64,000 bases of DNA from Terrabacter sp. Root85 (GCF_001429185.1 NZ_LMIW01000001.1:582439-646438), one strand, 5' to 3'. Numbered from the stretch's first letter, positions 18,934 through 29,436 are shown. Translations and numbers: made by a program. Notes: generated by a model from the letters alone, not told the origin.

Positions 18934-19779
18934 TCAGGCCCTGGGATCGAAGACGTACGGGGTCGTCGTCGCGACGCGGTGCAGGCCGAGGCGACGGAGG
19001 ATCGGCTCGGAGTCGGGCGAGGCGTCGACGCGGACGTACTCCTTGCCGCGGTCGAGGCCGAGGCGGGCCCGGTGGAGCAGCGTGGCCCGGTAGAGCCCAC
19101 GGCCCCGCCACTCCGGCAGCGTCGAGCCACCCCAGAGGCCGGTGAACCCGCTCGCGTCGTACTCACCACGGGCCGCGCAGAGGACCGGCCCCTCGCGGGA
19201 CTCCTCGACGACGACGACGTCCATCGAGTCGGGCCGGGCGACCCACTCGGGATAGAGCGACTCGGTCACCCAGGCGTGGTCGTCGCCCCACACCGTCTCG
19301 GACATCGTGCGCATCCGGGCGAAGTCCTCGAAGCCGTCGGCAGCACGCACGACGACGCCCTCGGGCAGCGCGAGGTCCTGCGCCGCGAGTGGGCCGGCCT
19401 CGCCGAGGATCAGCGCCTCGTCGTCCTCGCGGACGAAGCCCGCAGCCTCGAGGCGCGCGCCGAGGTCGCTCGGCTCGTCGTAGTCGTAGGTCTTCCACTC
19501 GACCTTCTGGCCGCGCTGGGCGAAGAAGTCACGCACCCGGAGGACGAGACCGTCGGGGTCGTCACCGAGACCGTCCGGGCTCTCGACCATCGCGAAGTGG
19601 CCGGCCGGGTCGAGGTCGTAGTGCTTGCGCACCGGGCCGTCGAGCTCGAGCGGGCGCTCGGCCGTCCCGAGCGGGACGGGGGCGCGCGTCTGGTCGTGGA
19701 AGACCCGGAGCAGCTGCTCGGGCAGGGGCGCCGACGCCGGCGCGGCATCGCTCTGGAACGAACGGGGGTTCACAGGCAC
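18934..19779 (-). CDS. GNAT-fold acetyltransferase family protein
   Basis: C-terminal GNAT-like core (GLWGGSTLPEWRGRGLYRATLLHRARLGLDRGKEYVRVDASPDSEPILRRLG). GTG start at 19779. Confidence 0.45.
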   Translation of the reverse strand: MPVNPRSFQSDAAPASAPLPEQLLRVFHDQTRAPVPLGTAERPLELDGPVRKHYDLDPAGHFAMVESPDGLGDDPDGLVLRVRDFFAQRGQKVEWKTYDYDEPSDLGARLEAAGFVREDDEALILGEAGPLAAQDLALPEGVVVRAADGFEDFARMRTMSETVWGDDHAWVTESLYPEWVARPDSMDVVVVEESREGPVLCAARGEYDASGFTGLWGGSTLPEWRGRGLYRATLLHRARLGLDRGKEYVRVDASPDSEPILRRLGLHRVATTTPYVFDPRA

Positions 19780-19808
19780 CAGCCAAGCATGGTCTGATCC
19801 GTCTCGTC

Positions 19809-21221
19809 ATGCCTGTTTCCCCGCTCTCGCCCCGCGCCGCCACGGCTCTCGCCGACGCGCGCCCCGTCCCCTTCTGGACCGACCGTCCCGAGCGGCCCGA
19901 CCCGCGGGCGCCCCTGACGGGCGCAGCGCCCCGCACCGACCTGCTCGTCGTGGGCGGCGGGTTCACCGGGCTGTGGGCCGCGATCCAGGCCAAGGAGGCC
20001 GACCCGTCGCGCGACGTCGTCGTCGTCGAGGCCGGCCGGCTGGCCGACGGCGCGTCCGGGCGCAACGGCGGCTTCATGGCGCCCTCGCTGACCCACGGCC
20101 TCGCCCAGGGCGTCGGCTGCTGGCCCGACGAGATGGAGACCCTCGACCGGCTCGCGGCCGAGAACGTCGCGGGCATCGAGAGGACACTGACGGCCTACGG
20201 CATCGACGCCGACCACCACGTGCCCGGCGAGCTGACGCTGGCCCTCACCGAGCACCAGGTCCCTTCCGTCCGCGAGTCCTTCGAGCTGCACCGCGCCCAC
20301 GGCGTCCCGGTCGAGCTGCTCGACGCCGCGCAGGCGCGGGCCCGCGTCGACTCACCGCGCTACCTCGCCGGGATGTACGACCCCGAGGTCGCGCTCGTCG
20401 ACCCCGCGCGCCTGGTCTGGGGGCTGGCCCGCGCGGCCGAGTCGCTCGGCGTGCGGCTCCACGAGCACACGCGTGCAACGGGGTTCGACACCGAAGGCGA
20501 CGGCGTGAGGGTGACGCTCGACGAGGGCTCGATCCACGCGCGACGCGTCGTCATCGGGACGAACGCGTCGCAGGGCGTGCTCAAGCGCTTCAGCGCGTGG
20601 GTGCTGCCCGTCTACGACCACGTCCTCATGACCGAGCCCCTGACGCCGGCCCAGCTCGACGCCATCGGCTGGAAGGGGCGCGAGGGACTGACCGACGCGG
20701 GCAACCAGTTCCACTACTACCGAAGGACGCTCGACGACCGGGTGCTCTTCGGCGGCTACGACGCGAACTACCACTTCCCCGGACGCATCGACCCGGCGCT
20801 CGAGCAGTCGGATGCCTCGCACGGGCTGCTCGCCGACCACTTCCTCGACCTCTTCCCGCAGCTCGAGGGCATCCGTTTCACGCACCGCTGGGCCGGCGTC
20901 ATCGACACGACGTCCCGTTTCACGCCGGTCTTCGGCACGGCGCTCGGCGGGCGGATGGCGTATGCCGTCGGCTACACCGGGCTGGGCGTCGCCTCGACCC
21001 GCTTCGGCGCGGCCGTCGCCCTCGATCTCGTCGACGGCAAGGACACCGAGCTGACCCGCCTCGGGATGGTGCGGCGCAAGCCGATCCCCTTCCCGCCCGA
21101 GCCGATCCGGTATGCCGCCGTGCGGGCCACGCGGTCCTCGCTCGCCGCCGAGGACCGCACCGGCCGGCGCAACCTGTGGCTCCGCGCGCTCGACCGGATC
21201 GGCGTGGGCTTCGACTCCTGA
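19809..21221 (+). CDS. FAD-dependent oxidoreductase (DAO family)
   Basis: ATG at 19809 (MPVSPLSP...). Rossmann FAD motif (DLLVVGGGFTGLWAAIQA). About 470 aa. The listed ORF has a 5' extension. Confidence 0.75.
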   Translation: MPVSPLSPRAATALADARPVPFWTDRPERPDPRAPLTGAAPRTDLLVVGGGFTGLWAAIQAKEADPSRDVVVVEAGRLADGASGRNGGFMAPSLTHGLAQGVGCWPDEMETLDRLAAENVAGIERTLTAYGIDADHHVPGELTLALTEHQVPSVRESFELHRAHGVPVELLDAAQARARVDSPRYLAGMYDPEVALVDPARLVWGLARAAESLGVRLHEHTRATGFDTEGDGVRVTLDEGSIHARRVVIGTNASQGVLKRFSAWVLPVYDHVLMTEPLTPAQLDAIGWKGREGLTDAGNQFHYYRRTLDDRVLFGGYDANYHFPGRIDPALEQSDASHGLLADHFLDLFPQLEGIRFTHRWAGVIDTTSRFTPVFGTALGGRMAYAVGYTGLGVASTRFGAAVALDLVDGKDTELTRLGMVRRKPIPFPPEPIRYAAVRATRSSLAAEDRTGRRNLWLRALDRIGVGFDS

Positions 21222-21236
21222 CCTGCTCCGGGCTCG

Positions 21237-22364
21237 TCAGAGGACGACGAGGTCGGTGGGTCTCGTGTTGAAGCGCTCGACACCGTCGTCGGTCACCGCG
21301 ACGATGTCCTCGATGCGTGCGCCCCAGCGGCCCGCGAGGTAGACGCCCGGCTCGATGCTGAAGGTCATGCCCGGCTCGACCGGGAGGTCGTTGCCGGCGA
21401 CGATGTAGGGCTCCTCGTGGCCGTCGAGCCCGATGCCGTGGCCGGTGCGGTGGATGAAGTGCTCCGCGAGACCGGCCGCCGCGAGCACCTCGCGGGCGGC
21501 GCGGTCGATGGCCTCGCACGTCACGCCGGGACGCACGGACTCGACGGACGCCTGCTGCGCCGCCTGCAGCGCGGCATACGCCTCGGCCACGTCGGGCTCG
21601 CGGGGCGACCCGACGGCATACGTGCGCGTGCTGTCGGAGCCGTAGCCCGAGGGCAGCGGGCCGCCGATGTCGACGACGACGACGTCGCCGTCCTCGATGA
21701 CACGGTCGCTGACGGAGTGGTGCGGACTCGCGCCATTGGGTCCCGACCCGACGATGACGAATTCGGCTGTGGCGTGGCCCTCCTCGACGATCGCAGCGGC
21801 GATGTCGGCCGCCACGTCGGCCTCGGTGCGGCCCGCGCGCAGCCACTCCCCGACCCGGGCGTGCACGCGGTCGATGGCGGCGCCGGCCGCGCGCAGCTCC
21901 GCGAGCTCGGCCGCGTCCTTGCGCATCCGCAGCTCGCGGAGGACCGGGCCGGCGAGCTGCTGGTCCGCCGCCCCGGCGTCACGCAGCCGCAGCAGGTGCA
22001 GGGCCGGTGTCATGTCGGACACCGCGACGCGACCGGTCGGCACTCCGCCGAGCGCCAGGGCGTAGGGGTCCTCGCCGTCGACCCACGTGCGCACCTCGAC
22101 GCCGAGCTCGCCGAGCGGCACGTGACCGAGACCGGCGTACTCGAGCGCAGGAGAGACGAAGACGGGGGCGACCGCGGCGTCGCTCGGCACGACGAGCGCC
22201 GTGAGCCGCTCGAACGACGAGCCCGCGATGCCGGTGAGGTAGCGCAGGTCGGAGCCGGGTGACACGACGGTCGCCGCGACGCCTGCATCTGCCGCGTGGT
22301 GTCGCAGCCGGTCGAGCCGGGAGCGCATCGTCGGGACGTCGAGGACGGAGGAGGTGACACCCAT
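21237..22364 (-). CDS. M24 family metallopeptidase (Xaa-Pro dipeptidase/aminopeptidase P-like)
   Basis: M24 metal-binding motifs (DIGGPLPSGYGSDSTRT, HRTGHGIGLDGHEEP, FSIEPGVY). Start at 22364. Start uncertain. Confidence 0.8.
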   Translation of the reverse strand: MGVTSSVLDVPTMRSRLDRLRHHAADAGVAATVVSPGSDLRYLTGIAGSSFERLTALVVPSDAAVAPVFVSPALEYAGLGHVPLGELGVEVRTWVDGEDPYALALGGVPTGRVAVSDMTPALHLLRLRDAGAADQQLAGPVLRELRMRKDAAELAELRAAGAAIDRVHARVGEWLRAGRTEADVAADIAAAIVEEGHATAEFVIVGSGPNGASPHHSVSDRVIEDGDVVVVDIGGPLPSGYGSDSTRTYAVGSPREPDVAEAYAALQAAQQASVESVRPGVTCEAIDRAAREVLAAAGLAEHFIHRTGHGIGLDGHEEPYIVAGNDLPVEPGMTFSIEPGVYLAGRWGARIEDIVAVTDDGVERFNTRPTDLVVL

Positions 22365-22443
22365 GCGCCCGAACCTACCGCCGCCAGGCCCTCCACCTCG
22401 AGGGGGAACCGGCACGGGCACCGGTCTGCCTAGGCTGGCCCCC

Positions 22444-23832
22444 ATGGACGGCCGGTGGACTGCCCTCGTGGCGCGGGTGAGGGCCTACTTCGGTGTCGAC
22501 ACCGACTGGGAGCGGGTCCCCGACGACTCGCCGCGCCAGCGGCGTGCCGACCTCTGGGTCGCCCTCGGCTTCCTCGTCGCGGGGTCGCTCGGCGTCGAGC
22601 TGCTGCGCAGCATCGACTCACTCGGCGCGCAGCAGGACTCGTGGGTCTGGCCGCACGTCGCCGTGGCCCTCGGCACGCTCCCGCTCATCTGGCGTCACCG
22701 GTGGCCCCTGCTCGTCGCGGCCGGGCTGTCGCTGCACCTCTTCGTCTTCGGCCTGCTCATGCCGGCGGTCGCGGTGTCGATGCCGATGCAGGTCGTCTAC
22801 TTCCTCGCCCTCTTCACCGGCGTCGCCTGGGCACGTGACCGGCAGGCGATGCTCGGCGTCGTCGCCGGTGTCGTGCTGCTGATGTTCGGCTGGCTCGCCT
22901 GGCAGCTCGCGGTGGGCAGCGGCGTCGAGGAGGCGATGAGCCGCGGCGACGAGCCCCTCGTCCACCAGGGCCTCTTCAGCCCGGCCGGCGCCTACGTCGT
23001 CTACACCCTGCTCATCAACGTCTTCTACTTCGGCGGCGCCATCATCGGCGGCCAGGCCGCCTGGCGCGCCGCGCTCCAGCGCGACCGCCTCGCCGCCCAG
23101 GCCCGCACCATCGACGCCCAGGCCACGAGCCTCCAGAGGCAGGCCGTCGTCGAGGAGCGGCTGCGGATCGCCCGTGAGCTCCACGACGTCGTCGCCCACC
23201 ACGTCTCGGTCATCGGGATCCAGGCCGCCGCGGCCCGTCGCGTGCTGCGACGCGACGCGGATGCCGCCGAGGGTGCTCTGCGCTCGGTCGAGACGTCGTC
23301 GCGCGACGCCGTGGCCCAGATGCGAGGGCTGCTCGGCACGCTGCGCGCCGACGACCACGAGGGGACGTCGGACGGGTCTGGACCGGGGGGCCGCACCCGG
23401 GCGCCCGAGCCCGGGCTCGCGGACGTGACGACCCTGGCCCGTGAGGCCTCGACCCACGGCCTCGAGGTCGAGTGCCACGTCGTCGAGGACGTGCCCGGCG
23501 CGGCCGCCTCCGTCCCGGCACCACTCGGGCTCTCGCTCTACCGCACCGCGCAGGAGGCGCTCGCCAACGTGCGGCGGCACTCGACGGCCTCGTCCGCGAC
23601 GGTCTTCGTCCGCGTCGACCGGCGACCCGAGCACGGCTTCGCGCACGGCTACGCCGAGGTCGAGGTGCTCGACGGCGGGCGACCGCGGTCGGGCACGTCG
23701 GGGACCGGCCTGGGTCTCCTCGGCGTCCGCGAGCGCCTGTCGACGCACGGCGGCGTGAGCGAGATCGGGCCCCGGGTCACCGGCGGCTACCGGGTCCGCG
23801 TGCGCATGCCGCTGCCCGAGCAGGCCTCGTGA
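22444..23832 (+). CDS. sensor histidine kinase (HisKA_3/DesK-LiaS type) with multiple N-terminal TM helices
   Basis: ATG at 22444. H-box (ERLRIARELHDVVAHHVSVIGIQ). HATPase_c (VEVLDGGRPRSGTSGTGLGLLGVRERL). Confidence 0.85.
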   Translation: MDGRWTALVARVRAYFGVDTDWERVPDDSPRQRRADLWVALGFLVAGSLGVELLRSIDSLGAQQDSWVWPHVAVALGTLPLIWRHRWPLLVAAGLSLHLFVFGLLMPAVAVSMPMQVVYFLALFTGVAWARDRQAMLGVVAGVVLLMFGWLAWQLAVGSGVEEAMSRGDEPLVHQGLFSPAGAYVVYTLLINVFYFGGAIIGGQAAWRAALQRDRLAAQARTIDAQATSLQRQAVVEERLRIARELHDVVAHHVSVIGIQAAAARRVLRRDADAAEGALRSVETSSRDAVAQMRGLLGTLRADDHEGTSDGSGPGGRTRAPEPGLADVTTLAREASTHGLEVECHVVEDVPGAAASVPAPLGLSLYRTAQEALANVRRHSTASSATVFVRVDRRPEHGFAHGYAEVEVLDGGRPRSGTSGTGLGLLGVRERLSTHGGVSEIGPRVTGGYRVRVRMPLPEQAS

Positions 23833-24533
23833 GGGCACCCGTCCGCGTGCTGCTCGTCGACGACCAGCTGCTCGTCCGGTCCGGCTTCTCGCTCATCCTC
23901 TCGGTGGAGGACGACATCGAGGTCATCGGGCAGGCGAGCGACGGCGAGGAGGCCGTGCGGCTCACCCGCGAGCTGCGACCCGACGTCGTGCTCATGGACG
24001 TGCAGATGCCGGTCATGGACGGCATCGAGGCGACCCGGCGCATCGTCGCCGACGACCTGGCCAGGGTCGTCATCCTCACGACCTTCGACCGGGACGACTA
24101 CGTCTTCGCCGGCCTCACCGCCGGAGCGAGCGGCTTCCTGCTCAAGAACGCCGACGCCGACCACCTCATCGAGGCGGTGCGGGCCGTCTCGGGTGGCCAC
24201 GCCCTGCTCGCTCCGGAGGTGACGCGGCGCGTCATCGAGCAGATGACGAACGGGCCGGTCGTCGACGCCCAGGCCGCCCCACGGCGGGACGACCGCGACC
24301 CGCGGCTCGACGACCTGACGCCGCGAGAGCTCGAGGTGCTCGGTCTCGTCGGTCGAGGCCTCTCCAACGCCGAGATCGCCGGACGGCTCTTCGTCGGTGA
24401 GGCGACGGTCAAGACGCACCTGTCCAACGTCTTCGCCAAGCTGCACCTGCGCGACCGCGTCCAGGCGGTCGTGCTGGCCTACGAGGCAGGTCTCATCCTC
24501 CGGGGGGACCCCGAGGATCAGCCGAACGGCTGA
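23829..24533 (+). CDS. NarL/LuxR-family response regulator
   Basis: GTG start overlapping the kinase stop (GTGA). Receiver domain (VLLVDDQLLVR...VVLMDVQMPVMDG). LuxR HTH (LTPRELEVLGLVGRGLSNAEIAGRLFVGEATVKTHLSNVFAKL). Confidence 0.85.
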   Translation: MRAPVRVLLVDDQLLVRSGFSLILSVEDDIEVIGQASDGEEAVRLTRELRPDVVLMDVQMPVMDGIEATRRIVADDLARVVILTTFDRDDYVFAGLTAGASGFLLKNADADHLIEAVRAVSGGHALLAPEVTRRVIEQMTNGPVVDAQAAPRRDDRDPRLDDLTPRELEVLGLVGRGLSNAEIAGRLFVGEATVKTHLSNVFAKLHLRDRVQAVVLAYEAGLILRGDPEDQPNG

Positions 24534-24559
24534 TCCTGTGCACCCCCGCGCGGCCTAGC

Positions 24560-25495
24560 GTGGGTGGCATGAGCGAACACGGGGACCGCCTGACCAGACC
24601 ACGCGCCACGGCCGACATCGAGCTGCGGCACCTGACCCGCACCTTCGGCGAGATCCGGGCCGTCGACGACATCAGCTTCACGGTCGGGGCCGGCCGGCTG
24701 ACCGGCTTCGTCGGCGGCAACGGCGCCGGCAAGACCACGACGATGCGCATGGTCATGGGGGTCCTGTCGCCCAGCGGCGGCGAGGTGCTCTGGGACGGTC
24801 GCCCGATCACCGCCCTCGACCGGCGGCAGTTCGGCTACATGCCCGAGGAGCGCGGGCTCTATCCCAAGCAGGCGGTGGTCGACCAGCTCGTCTACCTCGG
24901 ACGGCTCCGCGGCCTGAGCGCCTCGGCGGCCAAGGCCTCGGTGACGACCCACCTCGAGCGCCTCGGTCTCGCCGAGCGCGCCAAGGACCACGTCGAGAAG
25001 CTCTCGCTCGGCAACCAGCAGCGGGTCCAGATCATCGCCGCGCTCATGGGCCGGCCGCGGGCGCTCGTGCTCGACGAGCCGTTCAGCGGCCTCGACCCCG
25101 CCGCCGTCGACAACATGGCCGACCTCTTGCGCGAGCACACCGCACGCGGAGTTCCGGTCCTCTTCTCCTCCCACCAGCTCGACCTCGTCGAGCGGCTCTG
25201 CGAGCGCCTCGTCGTGCTCGCCAAGGGTCGGGTCGTCGCGTCGGGCAGCCCGGACGAGCTGCGCGCGACCTCCGTCTCGCGGCACCGGCTCGTCCTCTCG
25301 GTCGATGCCGGGTGGGTGCGCGGTGTCGGTGGCGTGCACGCCGTCGACGTCGAGGGACACACGGCCCTGCTCGAGATCGTCGAGCACGGCGCCGAACGGG
25401 CTCTCCTCGAGGAGGCCCTGAGACGCGGCGAGGTGCACGAGTTCTCGCCGCAGCGACCCACCCTGGCCCAGATCTACCGTGAGGTGACGGCATGA
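24560..25495 (+). CDS. ABC transporter ATP-binding protein
   Basis: Walker A (GGNGAGKTT), ABC signature (LSLGNQQR) and Walker B (LVLDEPFSGLD). Confidence 0.9.
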   Translation: MGGMSEHGDRLTRPRATADIELRHLTRTFGEIRAVDDISFTVGAGRLTGFVGGNGAGKTTTMRMVMGVLSPSGGEVLWDGRPITALDRRQFGYMPEERGLYPKQAVVDQLVYLGRLRGLSASAAKASVTTHLERLGLAERAKDHVEKLSLGNQQRVQIIAALMGRPRALVLDEPFSGLDPAAVDNMADLLREHTARGVPVLFSSHQLDLVERLCERLVVLAKGRVVASGSPDELRATSVSRHRLVLSVDAGWVRGVGGVHAVDVEGHTALLEIVEHGAERALLEEALRRGEVHEFSPQRPTLAQIYREVTA

Positions 25496-26742
25496 CCACC
25501 CTCCAGCACCGACCGGACCCCGACACCGCCGGCGCCGGCGAGGCCTCCGGGCCCGCCGACGAGCAGACGTCCGGGGGCGGGCGTCCGTGGCTCATCGTGG
25601 CCGTGCGCGAGGTCGTCGTCCGCGTCACGAACCGCACGTTCCTCTTCTCCACGCTCTTCACGCTCGTCTTCATCGCCGGTTTCGCGGCCTTCTCGGCGTG
25701 GCAGGCGGGGAAGACGACGACCTACACCGTCGCCGTGTCGTCGGCCGAGGGCACACGCCTCGTCGAGCAGGCCGCGTCGACCGCGCGCTCGACGAGCGAC
25801 ACCGTCGTCATCACCCCGAGCACGGTCCCGGGCGAGGACGCGGCGCGCGCCGCCGTCGACCGGGGCGACGTCGACGCGTGGCTGCACGAGACGTCGGCCG
25901 GCTGGACGCTGACGTCCGGCGACGACGTGGAGGCGTCGCTGCGGACACCCCTCGAGGGAGCCGTGCGCGACGCCGCGCTCGACCGCAACGCGGCTGCGGC
26001 CGGCACGACGGTCGAGGCCCTCGAGCGCGGGGCGACCCTGGGCGCCGACCGCTTCGACGGGCAGACGACGAACCGCGGCTTCGTGCAGGCCGCCACCTTC
26101 GCCTTCGCGCTGCTCTTCTTCATGGGCGCCCTGATGTTCGGGCAGCAGATCGCCGCGAGCGTCGTCGAGGAGAAGCAGTCGCGGCTCGTCGAGATCATCG
26201 CGACGGCGATCCCGCTGCGCGCCCTGCTCGCGGGCAAGGTCGTCGGGAACTCCGTCATCGCGATGGGCCAGGTGGTGCTCTTCGCCGGGGTCGGGCTCGT
26301 GGCGGTGTCGTTCACCGAGTGGTCGTCGCTGCTGCCCGCGCTCTCGACGGCGGTCGTGTGGTTCGTCCTCTTCTTCGCGGTCGGCTTCTTCGCCCTGGCC
26401 TGTCTCTTCGCCGTCGCGGGCGCGCTGGCCTCGCGCACCGAGGACCTCCAGTCGACGACCTCGCCCCTGACGACCCTGCTCATGCTCGTCTACTTCGCAA
26501 GCTTCGCCCTGAGCGGCACGGCCCTCAAGGTCGCCTCTTTCGTGCCGATCGTGTCCGTCGTGGCGATGCCGGGGCGGATCATCGCGGGCGACGCCGCCTG
26601 GTGGGAGCCCGTCGTGTCCCTCCTGCTCATGGCGGCCTTCTCCGCGGTGGCCGTCGTCATCGGCGAGAAGGTCTACCGACGGTCGCTCATGCAGACCCGG
26701 GGCCGGATGTCGTGGAAGCAGGCCCTGCGCACGGCGGACTGA
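25492..26742 (+). CDS. ABC-2 family transporter permease
   Basis: N-terminal TM helix, large extracytoplasmic loop, then about 5 TM helices. 4-bp overlap with the ATPase gene. Confidence 0.75.
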   Translation: MTTLQHRPDPDTAGAGEASGPADEQTSGGGRPWLIVAVREVVVRVTNRTFLFSTLFTLVFIAGFAAFSAWQAGKTTTYTVAVSSAEGTRLVEQAASTARSTSDTVVITPSTVPGEDAARAAVDRGDVDAWLHETSAGWTLTSGDDVEASLRTPLEGAVRDAALDRNAAAAGTTVEALERGATLGADRFDGQTTNRGFVQAATFAFALLFFMGALMFGQQIAASVVEEKQSRLVEIIATAIPLRALLAGKVVGNSVIAMGQVVLFAGVGLVAVSFTEWSSLLPALSTAVVWFVLFFAVGFFALACLFAVAGALASRTEDLQSTTSPLTTLLMLVYFASFALSGTALKVASFVPIVSVVAMPGRIIAGDAAWWEPVVSLLLMAAFSAVAVVIGEKVYRRSLMQTRGRMSWKQALRTAD

Positions 26743-26744
26743 CC

Positions 26745-28013
26745 TCAGGCGCGGCCCTGCGCCCGGCGCTGCACCGGGCGCTCACCCGGCGCCGTCACGT
26801 GGCGGTACGGCGAGCTCCAGAGCAGCAGGGCTGCGACCGCGAGCCCGACCACCCCGATGGCGATGGCGACCCGGTTGCCCCACGTCGCGGCGACGAGGCC
26901 CCCGAGGGGAGCCGCGACGGCGATCGAGCCCCAGTTGAGCGACCGGATCGTCGCGTTCATCCGTCCGCGCAGCCGGTCGGGTGTCACGAGGTTGCGGTAG
27001 CTCATGTCGAGCGGGTCGCGCAGCCCCATCGCCAGGCCGAAGAGCGCGTTCGCGACGAGCGGCCACACGATGGCATACGGCCCGGCCTGCGCGAGCAGCA
27101 GGAGGGCGTATGCCGCCGGGCTCAGCCACTCCGTCGTCGTGATCACCCGGCCGGTGCCGAAGCGCACGCCGAGTCGCGGGGACAGGCCCGCTCCGAGGAC
27201 GCCGGTCACGCCGGTCGCCGCGAGGACGAGCCCGACCGCGAGCGGGTCGAGGTGCAGCTCGGTCGTGGCGAAGTAGACGAGGACCGTCGTGACCATGGCG
27301 TTGGCGAAGAACCAGAGGTGCAGCGAGATGGCGTACGGGCGCAGCACCCTGTGCCGGTAGACCCAGCCGGCGCCCTCGCGCAGCTCGCGCCACACGTGCC
27401 GCTCGGGGGTGCGCTCGGGAGCCCGCTCCTCGACGCGGACCGTCATGAGCACGACGGCCGACACGGCATACGACACGGCGTCGACGAGCACCGCGACGGG
27501 CGCGGACAGCAGCCGCACCAGCGCACCGCCGACGAGCGGACCGAGCGACTGCGTCGCGGCGTAGGTCTGGGCGAGCCGGGCGTTCGCCGAGGCGAGGCGC
27601 GTCTCCGGCACGACCGTCGGCAGGAACGACAGGTGGGCGGCGCTGAAGAACATAGAGGCGGAGCCGGCACAGAAGACGAGGACGGCGACGAGCGGCACCG
27701 TCAGGTGGCCGGTCAGGGCGAGCACCCCGATCGTGCCGACGAGCAGGGCGCACAGCAGGTCGGCCGCGACGAGCAGCGGCCGGCGCCGCACCCGGTCGAC
27801 GACGACGCCGGCGAGCATGCCGAAGAGGAGGTAGGGCAGCCACGTCGCCGCCCGGACGATCCCCAGCTCGGTCTGGTCGGCGTGGAGGGTCTCGATGAGG
27901 AGCAGCTGGAGGGCGAGCGCCGAGACGAAGGTGCCCAGGTTGGAGACGGCGTCGGCGACCCAGAACCGGACGAATGCCGCATTACCGGGCGATTCGACCG
28001 ACGTTCGTGACAC
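26745..28013 (-). CDS. MFS transporter (EntS/YbdA-like)
   Basis: 12 predicted TM helices. GTG start at 28013 (VSRTSVESPGNAAFVRFWVADAVSNLG). The listed ORF has a 5' extension. Confidence 0.75.
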   Translation of the reverse strand: MSRTSVESPGNAAFVRFWVADAVSNLGTFVSALALQLLLIETLHADQTELGIVRAATWLPYLLFGMLAGVVVDRVRRRPLLVAADLLCALLVGTIGVLALTGHLTVPLVAVLVFCAGSASMFFSAAHLSFLPTVVPETRLASANARLAQTYAATQSLGPLVGGALVRLLSAPVAVLVDAVSYAVSAVVLMTVRVEERAPERTPERHVWRELREGAGWVYRHRVLRPYAISLHLWFFANAMVTTVLVYFATTELHLDPLAVGLVLAATGVTGVLGAGLSPRLGVRFGTGRVITTTEWLSPAAYALLLLAQAGPYAIVWPLVANALFGLAMGLRDPLDMSYRNLVTPDRLRGRMNATIRSLNWGSIAVAAPLGGLVAATWGNRVAIAIGVVGLAVAALLLWSSPYRHVTAPGERPVQRRAQGRA

Positions 28014-28176
28014 CCCGAGCCCCCTCCTTACGCGATGCCTACCCTTCCTTGACACCACCTTGTCGAGTCCTGACCTGAACGTCGACCCGAGACTCCGATT
28101 CTGTCCTACCGTGGACGTGACGTTCGGAGGGCTCCGGGCGACCACCAGCGACCGGATGCTCCCCCGGTCGCGCCGA

Positions 28177-28210
28177 GCAGGCCCCGGCAACCGGATGCGT
28201 CGGGGCCTGC
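28177..28210 (-). terminator. hairpin terminator candidate downstream of the citrate synthase gene
   Basis: GCAGGCCCCG-N14-CGGGGCCTGC perfect 10-bp stem, 18 bp after the stop. A second 7-bp hairpin CGACCGG-N8-CCGGTCG lies at 28151-28172. Confidence 0.5.
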
Positions 28211-28227
28211 TCGATGCCCTCCCCCGG

Positions 28228-29400
28228 TCAGGCCGGTTGCGGGGCGCGCGTGCCGGTGGGCACCGGCTGGGGCGGCGGCGGCCCGACGTAGCGTGCGGCC
28301 GGCCGGATGATCTTCGGGTCGCGGCTCTGCTCGAGGACGTTGGACGTCCAGCCGACGACGCGCGCGACGCAGAAGGTCGGCGTGAACATCGACGGGTCGA
28401 GCCCCGCGAGCTTCATGACGACGCCGGCGTAGAACTCGACGTTGGCGTGCAGCTCGCGCCCCGGCTTCAGCTCGGCCAGCGCACGCTCGATGGCGTCCTC
28501 GACCCCGACCGCGAGGTCGACGAGCGGGTCGTCCCAGCCGCGGGCGATCTGTTTGAGCATCTCCGAGCGCGGGTCGCGCGTGCGGTAGACGGCGTGGCCG
28601 AAACCCATGATCCGGTCGCCGGACCCGATGCGGTCGCGCACCCAGCCGTCGGCCCGGTCCAGGGTGCCGATCTCGTCGAGGGCCTCGAGCGCCCGGCTCG
28701 GCGCGCCGCCGTGCTTCGGGCCCGAGAACGAGCCGATGGCCCCGACGAGGCAGGCCGCGAGGTCGGCGCCGGTGCTCGCGATGACCCGCGCGGTGAAGGT
28801 CGAGGCGTTGAAGCCGTGGTCCATCGTCGCGACGAGGTACTGCTCGACGGCGCGGGCGTCTCGCGCCGAGGGCAGCCGCCCCGTCACCATCCGCAGGTAG
28901 TCCTCGGCGTGGCCGAGGGTCGGGTCTGCCGGCACCGGCTCGAGCCCGTGGTGGAGACGGTGCGCGGCCGCGAGGATCGTCGGCGTGACGGCGACGGCCG
29001 CCAGGGCGGCCGCGGCCTTCTCGTCCTCGTCGCAGTCGTAGAGCGGACGCAGGCCGGCGATGCCGCCCCACGCCGACAGCGTCGTGCGCAGCACCTGGAG
29101 CGAGTCGGTGGTCGTCGCGCAGATGGCGGGGAGCAGGTCGGCGAGGCCGGGCGGCAGGACGCGTAGTCGCCCCACCTCTGCGGTGAAGGCCGCCAGCTCC
29201 GCGTCGTCGGGCAGGTGGCCGCGCTCGAGCAGGTGCCAGGCCTGCTCGAAACCGACCTGCTCGGCGAGCTCGACGGCGGAGTACTGCCGGTAGTGGAAGA
29301 AGCCCTCGTCGCCGCGGACGTCGCCGAGCTCGGTGTCGGTGACGACGACCTTGGCGAGACCCTTCGGGACCGTGATGAATCCGGTGGGAGTGGTGGACAT
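28228..29400 (-). CDS. citA: citrate synthase (citrate synthase 2 / CitA-like)
   Basis: 390 aa. Citrate-synthase signature (GFGHAVYRTRDPR). Strong RBS (AAAGGAGGA). Confidence 0.85.
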   Translation of the reverse strand: MSTTPTGFITVPKGLAKVVVTDTELGDVRGDEGFFHYRQYSAVELAEQVGFEQAWHLLERGHLPDDAELAAFTAEVGRLRVLPPGLADLLPAICATTTDSLQVLRTTLSAWGGIAGLRPLYDCDEDEKAAAALAAVAVTPTILAAAHRLHHGLEPVPADPTLGHAEDYLRMVTGRLPSARDARAVEQYLVATMDHGFNASTFTARVIASTGADLAACLVGAIGSFSGPKHGGAPSRALEALDEIGTLDRADGWVRDRIGSGDRIMGFGHAVYRTRDPRSEMLKQIARGWDDPLVDLAVGVEDAIERALAELKPGRELHANVEFYAGVVMKLAGLDPSMFTPTFCVARVVGWTSNVLEQSRDPKIIRPAARYVGPPPPQPVPTGTRAPQPA

Positions 29401-29436
29401 GGGGTCCTCCTTTCAGGTTCACTCGTCACTCTCAGC

